A stretch of DNA of 64,000 nt from an uncultured Desulfosarcina sp. (GTDB taxonomy: Bacteria > Desulfobacterota > Desulfobacteria > Desulfobacterales > Desulfosarcinaceae): NCBI GenBank assembly GCA_963674945.2, contig CAXXWQ010000003.1:2112001-2176000 (forward strand). The letters run 5' to 3'. Within the stretch, counting starts at the first letter, position 1, and the number at the start of each line of letters is the position of its first letter. The translations under genes were made by a program, and so were the position numbers. The notes beneath the pieces are model-generated. The model was not told where the DNA came from. It searched no databases and worked only from the letters and a program-made list of their open reading frames with translations. Of this stretch, positions 31,279-41,528 are shown in pieces.

Positions 31279-32548
31279 ACCAAGCGCAGCAGCAATGAAC
31301 GGCGGTCCACTTAAAATTTGTATGTTGGGATATCGAAGCAACCCCCACTGCGGCGGTCAAGGCGTCTACATCAAAAATCTGAGCAGGGCCTTACAGGACT
31401 TGGGGCATCGGGTAACCGTCCTTTCCGGTCCTCCGTATCCGGACTTGGATGATGATGTAACGCTTTTTACGCTTCCGAGTATGGACATGTACCATCCGGA
31501 TCGGTTTCTTCGTTTATGGAATCCCCTTTTGCTGGCAAATCCCTTTAACTTCATCGAATGGTTGGGAATAACGAGTATGGGGTTTTCCGAACCATTGGCA
31601 TTCGGAATGCGCGCCCATCAATTTATCAGGTCCCGGGCCGCCGATTTTGATATCGTTCACGACAACCAGAGTCTCTCCTATGGTTTGTGGTCCATCAGTC
31701 AATATCTGCCTACCACCGCTACGATCCACCATCCTATCAGCATCGACCGAACCATTGCGATCAACTCGGCACGGTCGGCTCTGAAAAAGGTGATGGAATG
31801 GCGATGGTATTCATTTGTCGGCATGCAGCAAAAAATTGCCCGGACGCTTTCCAGAATTTTGACGGTATCCCAAAATTCCCGCAGAAATACCAGTCGAGAA
31901 TTCAAGATTCCGTCCTCCCGATTTCGTGTTGTGCCCAACGGTATCGATTTGCACAGATTTCATCGTCTGCCGGGGGTTAAGCGTGAGGCAAATCGGATCA
32001 TGGTGACCAACAGCGCGGATGAACCCTTAAAAGGATTGGCCTACCTTCTGAAAGCCGTTGCACGGGTGTCAAGGAAAAGAGAGGTTCGTCTGATCGTCAT
32101 TGGAACGCCAAAGAAAAACGGCCATACCGTGAAACTGGTCCGTAAACTCGGCATCGGTCATCTGGTTACCTTTACGGGGCGCGTGGACCATACCGAGTTC
32201 GTTCGGCAGTATGCACGGGCCGGTATGGCGGTTGTACCCTCATTGTATGAAGGATTCGGACTTCCCGCAGGAGAGGCCATGGCCTGTGGTGTGCCGGTTA
32301 TCAGCACTTCCGCCGGTGCTCTGCCGGAAGTTGTGGGAAATGATGGTATTATCGTCCCGCCTGCAGATCACAGAGCGCTGGCAGTCGCAATCGAAACACT
32401 TCTGCAAAACCCGGAAAAAGCCAAAGCATTGGGAAGTGCAGGCTATCAGCGGGTTCACAGCCTGTTTACGTGGCGAAGCGCCGCGGAGAAAACCGTTGAT
32501 GTCTACAAGGAGGTCATCCGTGATCACCATGAACTTCGCGCGGCTTGA
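31268..32548 (+). CDS. GT4 glycosyltransferase, ManT-like
   Basis: 'YRSNPHCGGQGVY','SGPPYP','VHDNQSL','TIHHPI','PLKGL','EGFGLPAGEAMACG'. Confidence 0.85.
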   Translation: MRLEPSAAAMNGGPLKICMLGYRSNPHCGGQGVYIKNLSRALQDLGHRVTVLSGPPYPDLDDDVTLFTLPSMDMYHPDRFLRLWNPLLLANPFNFIEWLGITSMGFSEPLAFGMRAHQFIRSRAADFDIVHDNQSLSYGLWSISQYLPTTATIHHPISIDRTIAINSARSALKKVMEWRWYSFVGMQQKIARTLSRILTVSQNSRRNTSREFKIPSSRFRVVPNGIDLHRFHRLPGVKREANRIMVTNSADEPLKGLAYLLKAVARVSRKREVRLIVIGTPKKNGHTVKLVRKLGIGHLVTFTGRVDHTEFVRQYARAGMAVVPSLYEGFGLPAGEAMACGVPVISTSAGALPEVVGNDGIIVPPADHRALAVAIETLLQNPEKAKALGSAGYQRVHSLFTWRSAAEKTVDVYKEVIRDHHELRAA

Positions 32549-33230
32549 GATCCGTCCGGGGGTCCGAATTCTAGACATCGGGTGCGGCCCGGGAAGACAT
32601 ACATGCGCTGCGGCATGTCTTGAGGGAACCACCGTGATCGGAGCGGATCTCATGTTCGACGACATCGCGGAAGCCAGGGATCGCCTGGTTCAGTTAGATG
32701 AAGAGGGTGTGTGTCCCGGACATTGGGAACTGCTCTGCACCAATATTCTCAATCTGCCCTTCGAAGATTGTGCTTTCGACGTGGTGATCTGCGCGGAAGT
32801 GCTGGAGCACATAACGAAACAGCGTTCGGCAATGGCGGAGATCGTACGGGTATTAAAACCGGGAGGACAGTTGGCAGTCAGTGTTCCGAGATTTTTTCCC
32901 GAATGGATCTGCTGGAAACTCTCACGCGAGTACACCGATACTGACCTGGGCCATGTGCGCATTTACAAAAAGAAGCAATTGATAAACCTGCTAGAGAAAA
33001 ATAATGTTCATCTTCTGGCGTATCACTATGCCCATAGCCTGCATTCACCCTTCTGGTGGCTCAAATGCCTGGTGGGACCCAAACGTCAGGATTCGCTCCT
33101 CGTGAACCTGTATCACCGGCTTCTGGTATGGGACCTGATGGAAAAACCCAAAATAACCCGCATGTTGGAGCACCTGCTCAATCCAATCTTGGGAAAGAGC
33201 CTTGTGCTTTACCTCAAAAAAGGCAGCTAA
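32520..33230 (+). CDS. Class I SAM-dependent methyltransferase, MeT1-like
   Basis: 'ILDIGCGPGRH','AEVLEH','PEWICWKLS','GHVRIY','HSLHSPFWWLKC','LNPILGKS'; GTG start overlaps the GT4 end. Confidence 0.85.
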   Translation: MITMNFARLEIRPGVRILDIGCGPGRHTCAAACLEGTTVIGADLMFDDIAEARDRLVQLDEEGVCPGHWELLCTNILNLPFEDCAFDVVICAEVLEHITKQRSAMAEIVRVLKPGGQLAVSVPRFFPEWICWKLSREYTDTDLGHVRIYKKKQLINLLEKNNVHLLAYHYAHSLHSPFWWLKCLVGPKRQDSLLVNLYHRLLVWDLMEKPKITRMLEHLLNPILGKSLVLYLKKGS

Positions 33231-33615
33231 TTTCCACTTCCAAGGAACTCGTTCATTATTCCAATTAAGAAGGACTTTTTGATAAAAAGCGTTTCCCTCG
33301 TTTCCGTCTATCTGCAAAAAAAATAATAACGAGTTTCCTGCACGAGATTGTTTGGCCATATTTGGCCTGGAAACGCTTTTTACGGTTTTATCACTTGTAA
33401 TAAGGCAACTTTCAATCAGCTCTTGCCGGGCCTTTTTCTTCAATGAATCAAGTAACAGTGCAACATCTGAAAGTTTGTATGTGACGAATATTTCATGAGG
33501 TTTTCCTTGTTTGTGTGCCCGGGTGTGGTTATCGTAAATGTGATAATACGATTGACACCGCGTTCCAATCATACTGACAAATGACCGAATGATCGATCAT
33601 CTACGGAGGATTTTC

Positions 33616-34356
33616 ATGAAACAGATATATACATTGACTCTTTTGTTCGTTTTCACAAGCGCATCCTTGGCTGCGCAGGGACTGCCGGTACGATACCAGG
33701 TGGACGGCCAGGATTTTGAAGGATATTACATTTCCCCTTCGGCAGAGTCCCCTTTCATTTTGCTCATTCATGACTGGGATGGGCTTACCAATTATGAGGT
33801 GCAACGTGCCGGGATGCTGGCCGATATGGGGTATTCGGTCTTTGCAGCAGATCTTTTCGGCGCCGGTGTGCGGCCTACGGAGGTAGAAGATAAGAGACAG
33901 CATACCGGTGAACTTTACAAGGACCGGGCGCGTATGCGAATGATTTTGACAGGTGCCTTGCATGCAGCGCGTGGCAAAGGTGCCAATGTGGACAACGGCG
34001 TGGCCATGGGGTATTGTTTCGGTGGTGCCGCCGTGTTGGAACTGGCCCGCTCGGGAGCGGATCTCAAGGGATTTGTTACCTTTCATGGCGGTCTGGGAAC
34101 GCCTGCAGGGCAGGATTACAGCAGAGTCAGAGGAACCGTCCTGGTCTTTCACGGCACGGCGGACACGGCCATCACCATGGACGATTTTGCCGATCTGGCC
34201 AAGCGGTTGGAGTCCAACAAAATTTCACACGAAATGATTACTTACAGCGGTGCGCCGCACGCCTTTACCGTATTCGGAACAGATCGCTACCATAAGGATG
34301 CGGATGGAAAATCGTGGCGCCGGTTTGGTGAATTTCTCGAGACTATTTTAAAGTAA
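33616..34356 (+). CDS. Dienelactone hydrolase family protein (exported)
   Basis: 'HDWDG','GYCFGG','FHG','HGTAD','HAFT'. Confidence 0.9.
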   Translation: MKQIYTLTLLFVFTSASLAAQGLPVRYQVDGQDFEGYYISPSAESPFILLIHDWDGLTNYEVQRAGMLADMGYSVFAADLFGAGVRPTEVEDKRQHTGELYKDRARMRMILTGALHAARGKGANVDNGVAMGYCFGGAAVLELARSGADLKGFVTFHGGLGTPAGQDYSRVRGTVLVFHGTADTAITMDDFADLAKRLESNKISHEMITYSGAPHAFTVFGTDRYHKDADGKSWRRFGEFLETILK

Positions 34357-34532
34357 ACGTTCGTTGGGTAGATGTCCACTTCATGCTTCGCGAAATGTAT
34401 TGGAAATCTCGAAACACCAGGAGTCGAATGACACCATGGGACGAGTGAGAAAAAAAGGTTATCGGGTCGGATCAAGGTCAATTGAGATTAGGTAAAATCC
34501 CTTATAAAACAGAAATATGGGGCTGACGGAAA

Positions 34533-35027
34533 ATGAAACGGACAATGCTGCTGGCGATACTTTTTATCTGCGGATGTTCTGCGCCGCACTATATCTGGCC
34601 CCAGAAGGACATGAGCGTGTATGAGATCAATCGGGCCACGGACGAAAAAAGAGTCCTGATCGCCTCCCGGGACAGCGATTTCAAGCGCGCGCTCGTAGAA
34701 GAGATTGTATCGGCATATGAGAGCAAACCCGTATACGTGAAGATCATCGGCATCGAAGCACTGGAAAACGAGGATGCGAATGGGTATTCCGCCGTGTTGT
34801 TGATCAACACCTGCATGGGGTGGACGGTGGATGTGGAAGTCAGCCGTTTCCTTGACCACCACGGTGCCGTAGAATCCATTATCGTAGTAACGACCTCTGC
34901 CGGTGGTGACGTGCCTCCGGAGAACGAAAATTGGGCCATCGATGCCATTTCATCGGCATCGGCATTGGACCGGGTTCACCCGCTGGCAAATGAACTGATC
35001 GGAAAAATCGACCGGCTGATCGAATAG
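34533..35027 (+). CDS. Hypothetical lipoprotein
   Basis: Lipobox-like 'FICGCS'; intact 164-aa ORF. Confidence 0.6.
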   Translation: MKRTMLLAILFICGCSAPHYIWPQKDMSVYEINRATDEKRVLIASRDSDFKRALVEEIVSAYESKPVYVKIIGIEALENEDANGYSAVLLINTCMGWTVDVEVSRFLDHHGAVESIIVVTTSAGGDVPPENENWAIDAISSASALDRVHPLANELIGKIDRLIE

Positions 35028-35043
35028 GACCAACCAAGGGGGT

Positions 35044-35250
35044 TTGTTTGCCGGAAACGGTATCTACCCGGAGAGCATCGCCGCCGATCTTTCTCCTGGC
35101 GACCTGTCCAAATATTTTGTCCGACGTGACGATTCTTACCAGATATCCAGAAACATTGGTGAAATGGTGATTTTTGCCCAGCACAACCTGATCAAGGATC
35201 CACCCTTTACCAACATTTCGTTGATCAGTTGCCGGAATCTTCTCATTTCC
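35044..35250 (+). pseudogene. Fragment of CheR methyltransferase
   Basis: 'GIYPESIAADLS','MVIFAQHNLIKDPPFT','ISCRNLLI' with no N-terminus or proper C-terminus. Confidence 0.75.
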
Positions 35251-35904
35251 CATCTCCACCGGGCTTCAGAAAGCGTTTTCAACAAATGGGGTGGTTCGAT
35301 ACACCAATATCCGGATAGATACTTTCAACGACTTTGTCCTCGGCATGCTGTCCACGGATCAAAACGCATGATAAACGGCCGATTCCAAATGAAATGATTG
35401 ATACACGACTGTGTTTTGTTTTTCTGGACGATGGGAGAATTCTATCCAACCACTTTACGGTCGGTTTTTGAATAGGAATTAGTAGGAAAACGAAGAATTT
35501 CGAAGAAAATAGCAGTTTTTATTTTTGTCGACAGTTTGTTAAAAACTTTCTAACGGACTGGTAACACAACCTAAAATCACGTTTGTGATAACTTCCTGAA
35601 TTCTAAACAATTATTCTGTTCTTGATTGAAAAATCGTATAAAAACAGAGAAATAAAAATTGTGCAGAATCATTTCCGCCATGGTGGGCTAATCCTCCTCT
35701 ATCCGCGTTGACAATCGGACCTGATTCAGACAATCTGTGCCAGAAATATGAACGCACCTTTTCATGGTTGATCGCAGATTTCTCCGCTACCGCGGCATTA
35801 CTCAACCTAAATCGAACTATCGGATTATCAATGTCAGGGGTGCCTTGTTCATGGTGAGTCGCTAAAGGTTCTCAACCAACTTTTTTTGTTGAGAAAGGTG
35901 AACG

Positions 35905-36330
35905 ATGAGTCGAATTCTGGTCATTGACGATGAGGTCAGCATCTCCGAATTGATCCGTGAAGTCTTGATGGGGCATGGCTACAGTGTGGAAACGGCTGCC
36001 AATGGCAAGGAGGGAATGCGGCTTATATCGGAATTCAAATTCGATCTGATCGTGACCGACATGTGCATGCCGGATATGAATGGATCCAGTATTGTTTCGC
36101 ATGTTCGCAACTCCAACCGTCACCGAACACCTATCATCGGAATTTCCGGAACACCTTGGATGTTGGAGGGCGTTGCGTGTGATGAGGTTCTTACCAAACC
36201 GTTTTCTTTGAAAGTGCTGGCCGAAACCGTCCGGTGCTTGACTCAAGAACATGCAGAGGAAAGGACGATGTCCGTCACCCCCGATGCCTCTGTGTATCGC
36301 CAGCCGTTCCATTCCCAAAGCGCTTTATAG
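35905..36330 (+). CDS. Single-domain response regulator
   Basis: 'ILVIDD','DLIVTDMCMPDMNG','ISG','KPF'. Confidence 0.9.
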   Translation: MSRILVIDDEVSISELIREVLMGHGYSVETAANGKEGMRLISEFKFDLIVTDMCMPDMNGSSIVSHVRNSNRHRTPIIGISGTPWMLEGVACDEVLTKPFSLKVLAETVRCLTQEHAEERTMSVTPDASVYRQPFHSQSAL

Positions 36331-36438
36331 TGTCTAATACACGCACAATTCGCAGGTGTTGGTTACAAGATCCAACCTACGTAAATTTGCATCGCAGAAA
36401 CGGTTATTGTATCGTGATGTTCGATAATTGCACAAAAT

Positions 36439-36470
36439 AGGGGAGAAAAAATATTATTTTTTTCTCCCCT
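36439..36470. terminator. Hairpin between convergent genes
   Basis: AGGGGAGAAAAAA...TTTTTTCTCCCCT. Confidence 0.6.
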
Positions 36471-36513
36471 TCTTTTTTCTCTCTAATTTTGGAAAAAAGG
36501 TTAATGTAAATCG

Positions 36514-38178
36514 TTATCGCTTACGGAAATGAAAAATTCCCCAGGCGAGATGTCCACTTTTGCCGCCATCCACCCAGTGCTTCAATCCTTTTTTCATGTT
36601 CTCCATATAGTGCTGGCTGACCGCATTGGCAAGATCCTGCTCACGTCGTTGCGTTTCCTTGAGGATTCGCCAATAATGGGTCGTTAACTGGTCCGTATGA
36701 TCTTCAAATCCCATCTCCTCCATACCGTATTGCCTTGTCGTTTCACGATAGAAACGTGGCGATCCCAAGGTTTCCAGATGGATGCGATCAAGAATCGGCT
36801 GCAGCACATCTTTGGGGCAATTGTCCGCCATCATGGGATCGGTGAAGACGAAGTGGCCACCGGGTTTGAGAAGGCGGGTTACCTCCTCGATAACGGTCTT
36901 CCGGTCTCCGCTGTGCAAAATGGCATCCTGTGACCAGACGATGTCGAAGGTGCTGTCGGGAAGGGGCGCATCCTCGAATGAACCATCGATGACATCGATC
37001 AGGTGGTCGACACCTTGCACCTTGTTCATTTCCCGGTTCCGTCGGTTCTCCACTTCACTCAGGTTAAGGGCCGTCACATGGCAGCCGTAGGTCTTGGCGA
37101 GAAAACGCGCCGCTCCGCCAAACCCGGAACCAAAATCGATGACGCGGGTGTTGGAAGTGATGTCCAGACGAGAGGCGATCTTCTCCACCGTCCGTCGACT
37201 GGCGATAAAAATGGAATCCTCGTCGTTATCGTACAATCCAATGTGGATGTCCTCGCCCCCCCAGATGGTGAAATAGAAGTTGTCGGCATCGCTGCTGTTG
37301 TAATATTGCTGGGCGACCGTTACCGGTTCGGAATAATTCAGCCGGGTTTTCGACGGATCCCGTTGCCCGGGCTGATAGACCTTTTCGACCACATGGGTCA
37401 AAAAGTCCGGCGTATCGTCTGTGAAGTCGTCCTGGTAGTCGCCATAGGTGTCGATGTGCTGGAATCCCACCTCGCGCATGAGTCCGCGCAAATATTTTTT
37501 TCGGAGGGGGAACATATTGAGGTGGTAGGTACTGCCGTCCGAAAATACATACTTGAATCGCGCCAGTCCTTCATCCACAAATTCCGGTTCGGCCGTAACG
37601 GTTTCACCACAATAGTGGTATTTGTGTTTGCAGGAAAAACCACAATCGACAATGGTGTCATAATTGCGCTGGTCCAGAATCAACACCCCGTCGTGTTTGA
37701 GCACGGCGTAGAACTCGGCCAGGGCTTTTCGTCGGTCTCGTTCGGAGAAGAGGTGGGTAAAGGAGTTCCCCAGGCAGATAACGGCGTCAAAGCGCTCCTT
37801 GATGTCCCGGCTCAGCCAACGCCAGTCGGCGTTGACCGTGTGGAGAATACAGTCGTGGCGGCGGGCGTTGTCAAAGGCCTTGGTCAACATCTCAGGGCTT
37901 CCGTCACAACTGGTCACATCGAAGCCGGCCTTAAGCAGGCGGACCGAATGAAACCCCGTGCCGGTGGCCACATCCAGCACTTTTTTCGTCCCATATTCTC
38001 TTAACTTATCGATGAAGAAACTGCCTTCCCCCTCCGCGCGTTTTTCCCAATCGATCAATTCATCCCATTTATCCACGAAGGGAGTGACGTATTCTTCGAC
38101 GTAATGGTTGGTGTCACGTACTTCAGTGGGCTCCTCACCGAACGTTTGCTCATATTTGGTTGCGATATCTCGTCTCAT
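36514..38178 (-). CDS. Fused glycine/sarcosine N-methyltransferase and sarcosine/dimethylglycine N-methyltransferase (glycine betaine synthesis)
   Basis: GSMT half 'EEYV..FVDKWDELIDW','VLDVATGTGFHS','CLGNSFTHL','DQRNYD'; SDMT half 'YYNSSDADNFY..IWGGEDIHIG','WSQDAILHSG'. Confidence 0.9.
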   Translation of the reverse strand: MRRDIATKYEQTFGEEPTEVRDTNHYVEEYVTPFVDKWDELIDWEKRAEGEGSFFIDKLREYGTKKVLDVATGTGFHSVRLLKAGFDVTSCDGSPEMLTKAFDNARRHDCILHTVNADWRWLSRDIKERFDAVICLGNSFTHLFSERDRRKALAEFYAVLKHDGVLILDQRNYDTIVDCGFSCKHKYHYCGETVTAEPEFVDEGLARFKYVFSDGSTYHLNMFPLRKKYLRGLMREVGFQHIDTYGDYQDDFTDDTPDFLTHVVEKVYQPGQRDPSKTRLNYSEPVTVAQQYYNSSDADNFYFTIWGGEDIHIGLYDNDEDSIFIASRRTVEKIASRLDITSNTRVIDFGSGFGGAARFLAKTYGCHVTALNLSEVENRRNREMNKVQGVDHLIDVIDGSFEDAPLPDSTFDIVWSQDAILHSGDRKTVIEEVTRLLKPGGHFVFTDPMMADNCPKDVLQPILDRIHLETLGSPRFYRETTRQYGMEEMGFEDHTDQLTTHYWRILKETQRREQDLANAVSQHYMENMKKGLKHWVDGGKSGHLAWGIFHFRKR

Positions 38179-38211
38179 GAATTTCTCCTTACTGCATATT
38201 GAACGTTTCGG

Positions 38212-39705
38212 TTAATATCTGTAGTGTTCCGGTTTATACGGTCCCTCTACGGGAACGCCGATGTAATCGGCCTGATCCTGTGTCATCTCGGTCAGCCTCG
38301 CGCCGAGTTTGGAAAGGTGAAGTCTTGCCACCTCTTCGTCGCGTTTTTTATCGAGGCAGTACACCCCGATTTCCCTGCTTTCCCGATTCGCCCACAGATC
38401 CATCTGGGCCAGCACCTGGTTGGTAAAACTGTTCGACATGACAAAACTCGGATGTCCGGTTGCGCATCCCAGGTTGACGAGCCTTCCTTCGGCCAGCAGA
38501 TAAATGCTGTGGCCGTCTTCGAAGGTGTACCTGTCCACCTGGGGCTTGATCGTGGTTTTTTGAACGCCGGGCCAGTCGTTGAGGCGATCCACCTGAATTT
38601 CATTGTCGAAATGACCGATGTTGCAGACGATGGCCTGGTCCTTCATTCGACTCATGTGCTCTGCGGTGATGATGTCCCTGTTTCCCGTCGTCGTGACGAA
38701 GATATCCGCTTCGGACAGGGCATCTTCCACCGTGCATACGATGTGGCCGGCCATGCAGGCCTGCAGGGCGCAGATGGGGTCCACTTCGGAGACCAGGATT
38801 CGACACTTTTGGCTGGCCAGGGACTCCGCCGATCCCTTGCCCACGTCGCCAAAGCCGCATATCATGGCTGTTTTGCCGGCCAGCATCACGTCCATGGCCC
38901 GGCAAATGCCGTCCACCAGGGAATGGCGGCAGCCATAGACGTTATCGAACTTGGATTTTGTCACTGAATCGTTGACGTTGATGGCGGGTGCCAGAAGTGA
39001 AGTGTCCTTTTGCATATGATAGAGCCGGTGAACGCCGGTGGTGGTCTCCTCGCTTACCCCTTTCCATACTTCTGCAGCCCTGTGCCAAAACGAGCTGTCG
39101 GCATTGTTGACCGCCTGAAGGAGTCGCTGGATGACCTGAAGTTCTTTGTTGTCGGTGAGTGCTGATAATAGGGCCGGATTCTCTTCCGCCGCATACCCCT
39201 TGTGGATTAAAAGAGTCGCGTCGCCGCCGTCGTCGACGATCAGTTGGGGAGTGCCGCCGTCCGGCCATGTCATGGCCTTCAGGGTACACCACCAATACTC
39301 CTCCAGGGTCTCCCCCTTCCAGGCGAATACCGGTGTGCCCGTCGCAGCGATGGCCGCCGCTGCGTGATCCTGGGTGGAAAAGATGTTGCAGCTTGCCCAA
39401 CGCACATCGGCGCCCAATGTTTTCAGGGTTTCGATTAAAACGGCGGTCTGTACGGTCATGTGGAGGCTTCCCATGATCCTGACATCCTTAAGAGGCTTTT
39501 GGGGACCATATTTTTCGCGGGTGGCCATCAGGCCCGGCATCTCTTTCTCGGCGATTTCGATCTCCCGCCGCCCCCATGGGGCCAAGTCGATGTCGGCTAC
39601 CCTGTAATCGTTTTCCACCGGTGTGGTTGCACCCGCGATAATTTCGGAAATCTCGGTAATGACACTATTGTTGGTATCGGCGGCCTGTGCCGTCTTCGTT
39701 TGCAT
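38212..39705 (-). CDS. ahcY: Adenosylhomocysteinase
   Basis: 'GSLHMTVQT','[10 protein letters not shown]','EETTTGV','KSKFDN.YGC','[13 protein letters not shown]','YRY' end; RBS GAGGAG. Confidence 0.97.
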   Translation of the reverse strand: MQTKTAQAADTNNSVITEISEIIAGATTPVENDYRVADIDLAPWGRREIEIAEKEMPGLMATREKYGPQKPLKDVRIMGSLHMTVQTAVLIETLKTLGADVRWASCNIFSTQDHAAAAIAATGTPVFAWKGETLEEYWWCTLKAMTWPDGGTPQLIVDDGGDATLLIHKGYAAEENPALLSALTDNKELQVIQRLLQAVNNADSSFWHRAAEVWKGVSEETTTGVHRLYHMQKDTSLLAPAINVNDSVTKSKFDNVYGCRHSLVDGICRAMDVMLAGKTAMICGFGDVGKGSAESLASQKCRILVSEVDPICALQACMAGHIVCTVEDALSEADIFVTTTGNRDIITAEHMSRMKDQAIVCNIGHFDNEIQVDRLNDWPGVQKTTIKPQVDRYTFEDGHSIYLLAEGRLVNLGCATGHPSFVMSNSFTNQVLAQMDLWANRESREIGVYCLDKKRDEEVARLHLSKLGARLTEMTQDQADYIGVPVEGPYKPEHYRY

Positions 39706-39820
39706 GGTTTCTCCTCGATTGGCATTTGGTTGTAATTGTGTAAGGGGGTCTGTCATGGGATGGGCTATGGGATTGGACGGTGAAACGGGCGGCCCAATGG
39801 TGCCCGTTTCACCGTATGGG

Positions 39821-41026
39821 TCATGCGACTTGTCGTGCTTTGATGCCAAGGGCGCCGGCGAGCGCTTCGGCCTTGTCGGTTTTCTCCCATGGAAAGATGT
39901 CCCGACCGAAGTGACCGGTAACCGAAGTATCCCGGTACGACCATCCTTTGGGGGTTGTTAGCTTCAGGTCTTCGATAATGGCGGCCGGCCGGAAATCGAA
40001 GATATCCCCGGATTCGAGTTCCGCCTGGATCTTCGTTTCCGCCACGTTGCCGGTGCCGAAGGTATCCACGTTGATGCTCAGCGGCTTGGCGACGCCAATG
40101 GCATATGCCACCTGGATTTCGCATTTTTCGGCAAGACCTGCGGCCACAACATTTTTCGCTGCATACCGGGCATAGTAAGCGGCCGAGCGATCCACCTTGG
40201 ATGGATCCTTCCCGCTGAAAGCGCCGCCGCCATGGCAACCGACGCCGCCGTAGGAATCCACGATGATTTTGCGGCCCGTCAGGCCGGCATCGCCATGGGG
40301 ACCGCCGATGACGAATTTGCCGGTGGGGTTGATGTAGTACTCGGTGTCGTCGTCAAGCAGGCCCGTATCTCCCAGGGTGTCTCGTGCCACGCCGATCAAA
40401 TCCTTTCGAATTTGAGACAAAGAAACCTCATCGGTCTGATGGGAGATCACGACGTTGGTGATGCGTTCGGGAACTCCGTTTACATGAAGAACGGAGACCT
40501 GCGTTTTTGCATCGGGTCGCAGGTAGTCGATCTCACCGCGTTTGCGGATTCGTTGGAGGTTTTCCAGCAACCGATGGCTGTAATGGATGGGGGCCGGCAT
40601 CAAAGAGGGCGTTGCGCGGGTCGCGTATCCGAACATCATCCCCTGGTCCCCGGCGCCCTGTTCCTTGAACAGTCCTTCACCTTCGCAGACCCCCTGGGAA
40701 ATGTCACAGGATTGGGGGTGGATGTGACAAAGATATTCGAAGCTGTTGTGGCAAAACAGAAGTTCGTCTCTGTCGTAGCCGATCTCCTGGACCACCTTTC
40801 GTGCGATGGCTTCGGGATCGATCTGATCCCATCCGCTGCAGGTAATTTCGCCGATGTTGACGAGGAAATTGGTTGTCACCGCCGTCTCGCAGGCGACCCT
40901 GCTGGTCGGATCCTGGCCCAAACATGCATCGAGGATGGCATCGGAGACCTGGTCGCAGATCTTGTCCGGGTGCCCCTCGCTTACGGATTCGCTGGTAAAT
41001 ACATGATCGTTCTGAAGCTTGCTCAT
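39821..41026 (-). CDS. metK: S-adenosylmethionine synthetase
   Basis: '[13 protein letters not shown]','GAGDQG','[16 protein letters not shown]'. Confidence 0.97.
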   Translation of the reverse strand: MSKLQNDHVFTSESVSEGHPDKICDQVSDAILDACLGQDPTSRVACETAVTTNFLVNIGEITCSGWDQIDPEAIARKVVQEIGYDRDELLFCHNSFEYLCHIHPQSCDISQGVCEGEGLFKEQGAGDQGMMFGYATRATPSLMPAPIHYSHRLLENLQRIRKRGEIDYLRPDAKTQVSVLHVNGVPERITNVVISHQTDEVSLSQIRKDLIGVARDTLGDTGLLDDDTEYYINPTGKFVIGGPHGDAGLTGRKIIVDSYGGVGCHGGGAFSGKDPSKVDRSAAYYARYAAKNVVAAGLAEKCEIQVAYAIGVAKPLSINVDTFGTGNVAETKIQAELESGDIFDFRPAAIIEDLKLTTPKGWSYRDTSVTGHFGRDIFPWEKTDKAEALAGALGIKARQVA

Positions 41027-41097
41027 GGATATCCTTTCAAGGTGTGGTGATTGTCGGTCGCGTATTACAATTGCCAAATCAAAAATTCATATCGGTC

Positions 41098-41113
41098 AGC
41101 AATACATGTGCCA
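41098..41113 (-). promoter_or_regulatory. Sigma54 -24/-12 promoter of the metK operon
   Basis: Minus strand TGGCAC-ATGTA-TTGCT matches TGGCAC-N5-TTGCW; a bEBP gene is divergent. Confidence 0.85.
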
Positions 41114-41528
41114 ACAAACAAATGCCAAAGTGGCTTTTGGATAAATCCGATGAAATATGTGAAAATGGAGTAGTTTGCAGCAATCCGGCAAGATGGTGAT
41201 ATGCCGCACACGGGGGAGGGAAGGGGAATTTGACGATGGGTAATGTGAGCCGTCGGGCAAAATATTGCCGCTGCCAAGTAGCTCATCGTATGGTATGGGC
41301 AAAAAATACCCAATCAGTAACGGAGTAAATGTCAATATATAGGAGATGCTTCTTGTGAGAAAATTCCGAGTATTTTAACTGAAAGCTTGCATCATACCAA
41401 TAATTCCGGTAAGTAGGGCCAACACAGACCCGATAATCGCCAAAGCACAGACAATATCATAATAGTGTAAAAAAATTGCTCGCGTAGCGTTTCTGCGCCA
41501 TAGGCGGCATGTATTTGCGAGATAAAAA

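Noticed and set aside
41114..41340. Possible SAM or SAH riboswitch upstream of metK
   Set aside because: Only short stems (e.g. GGCAATATTTTGCC); no SAM-I/II or SAH consensus; the region lies upstream of the sigma54 promoter, so it would not be in the transcript
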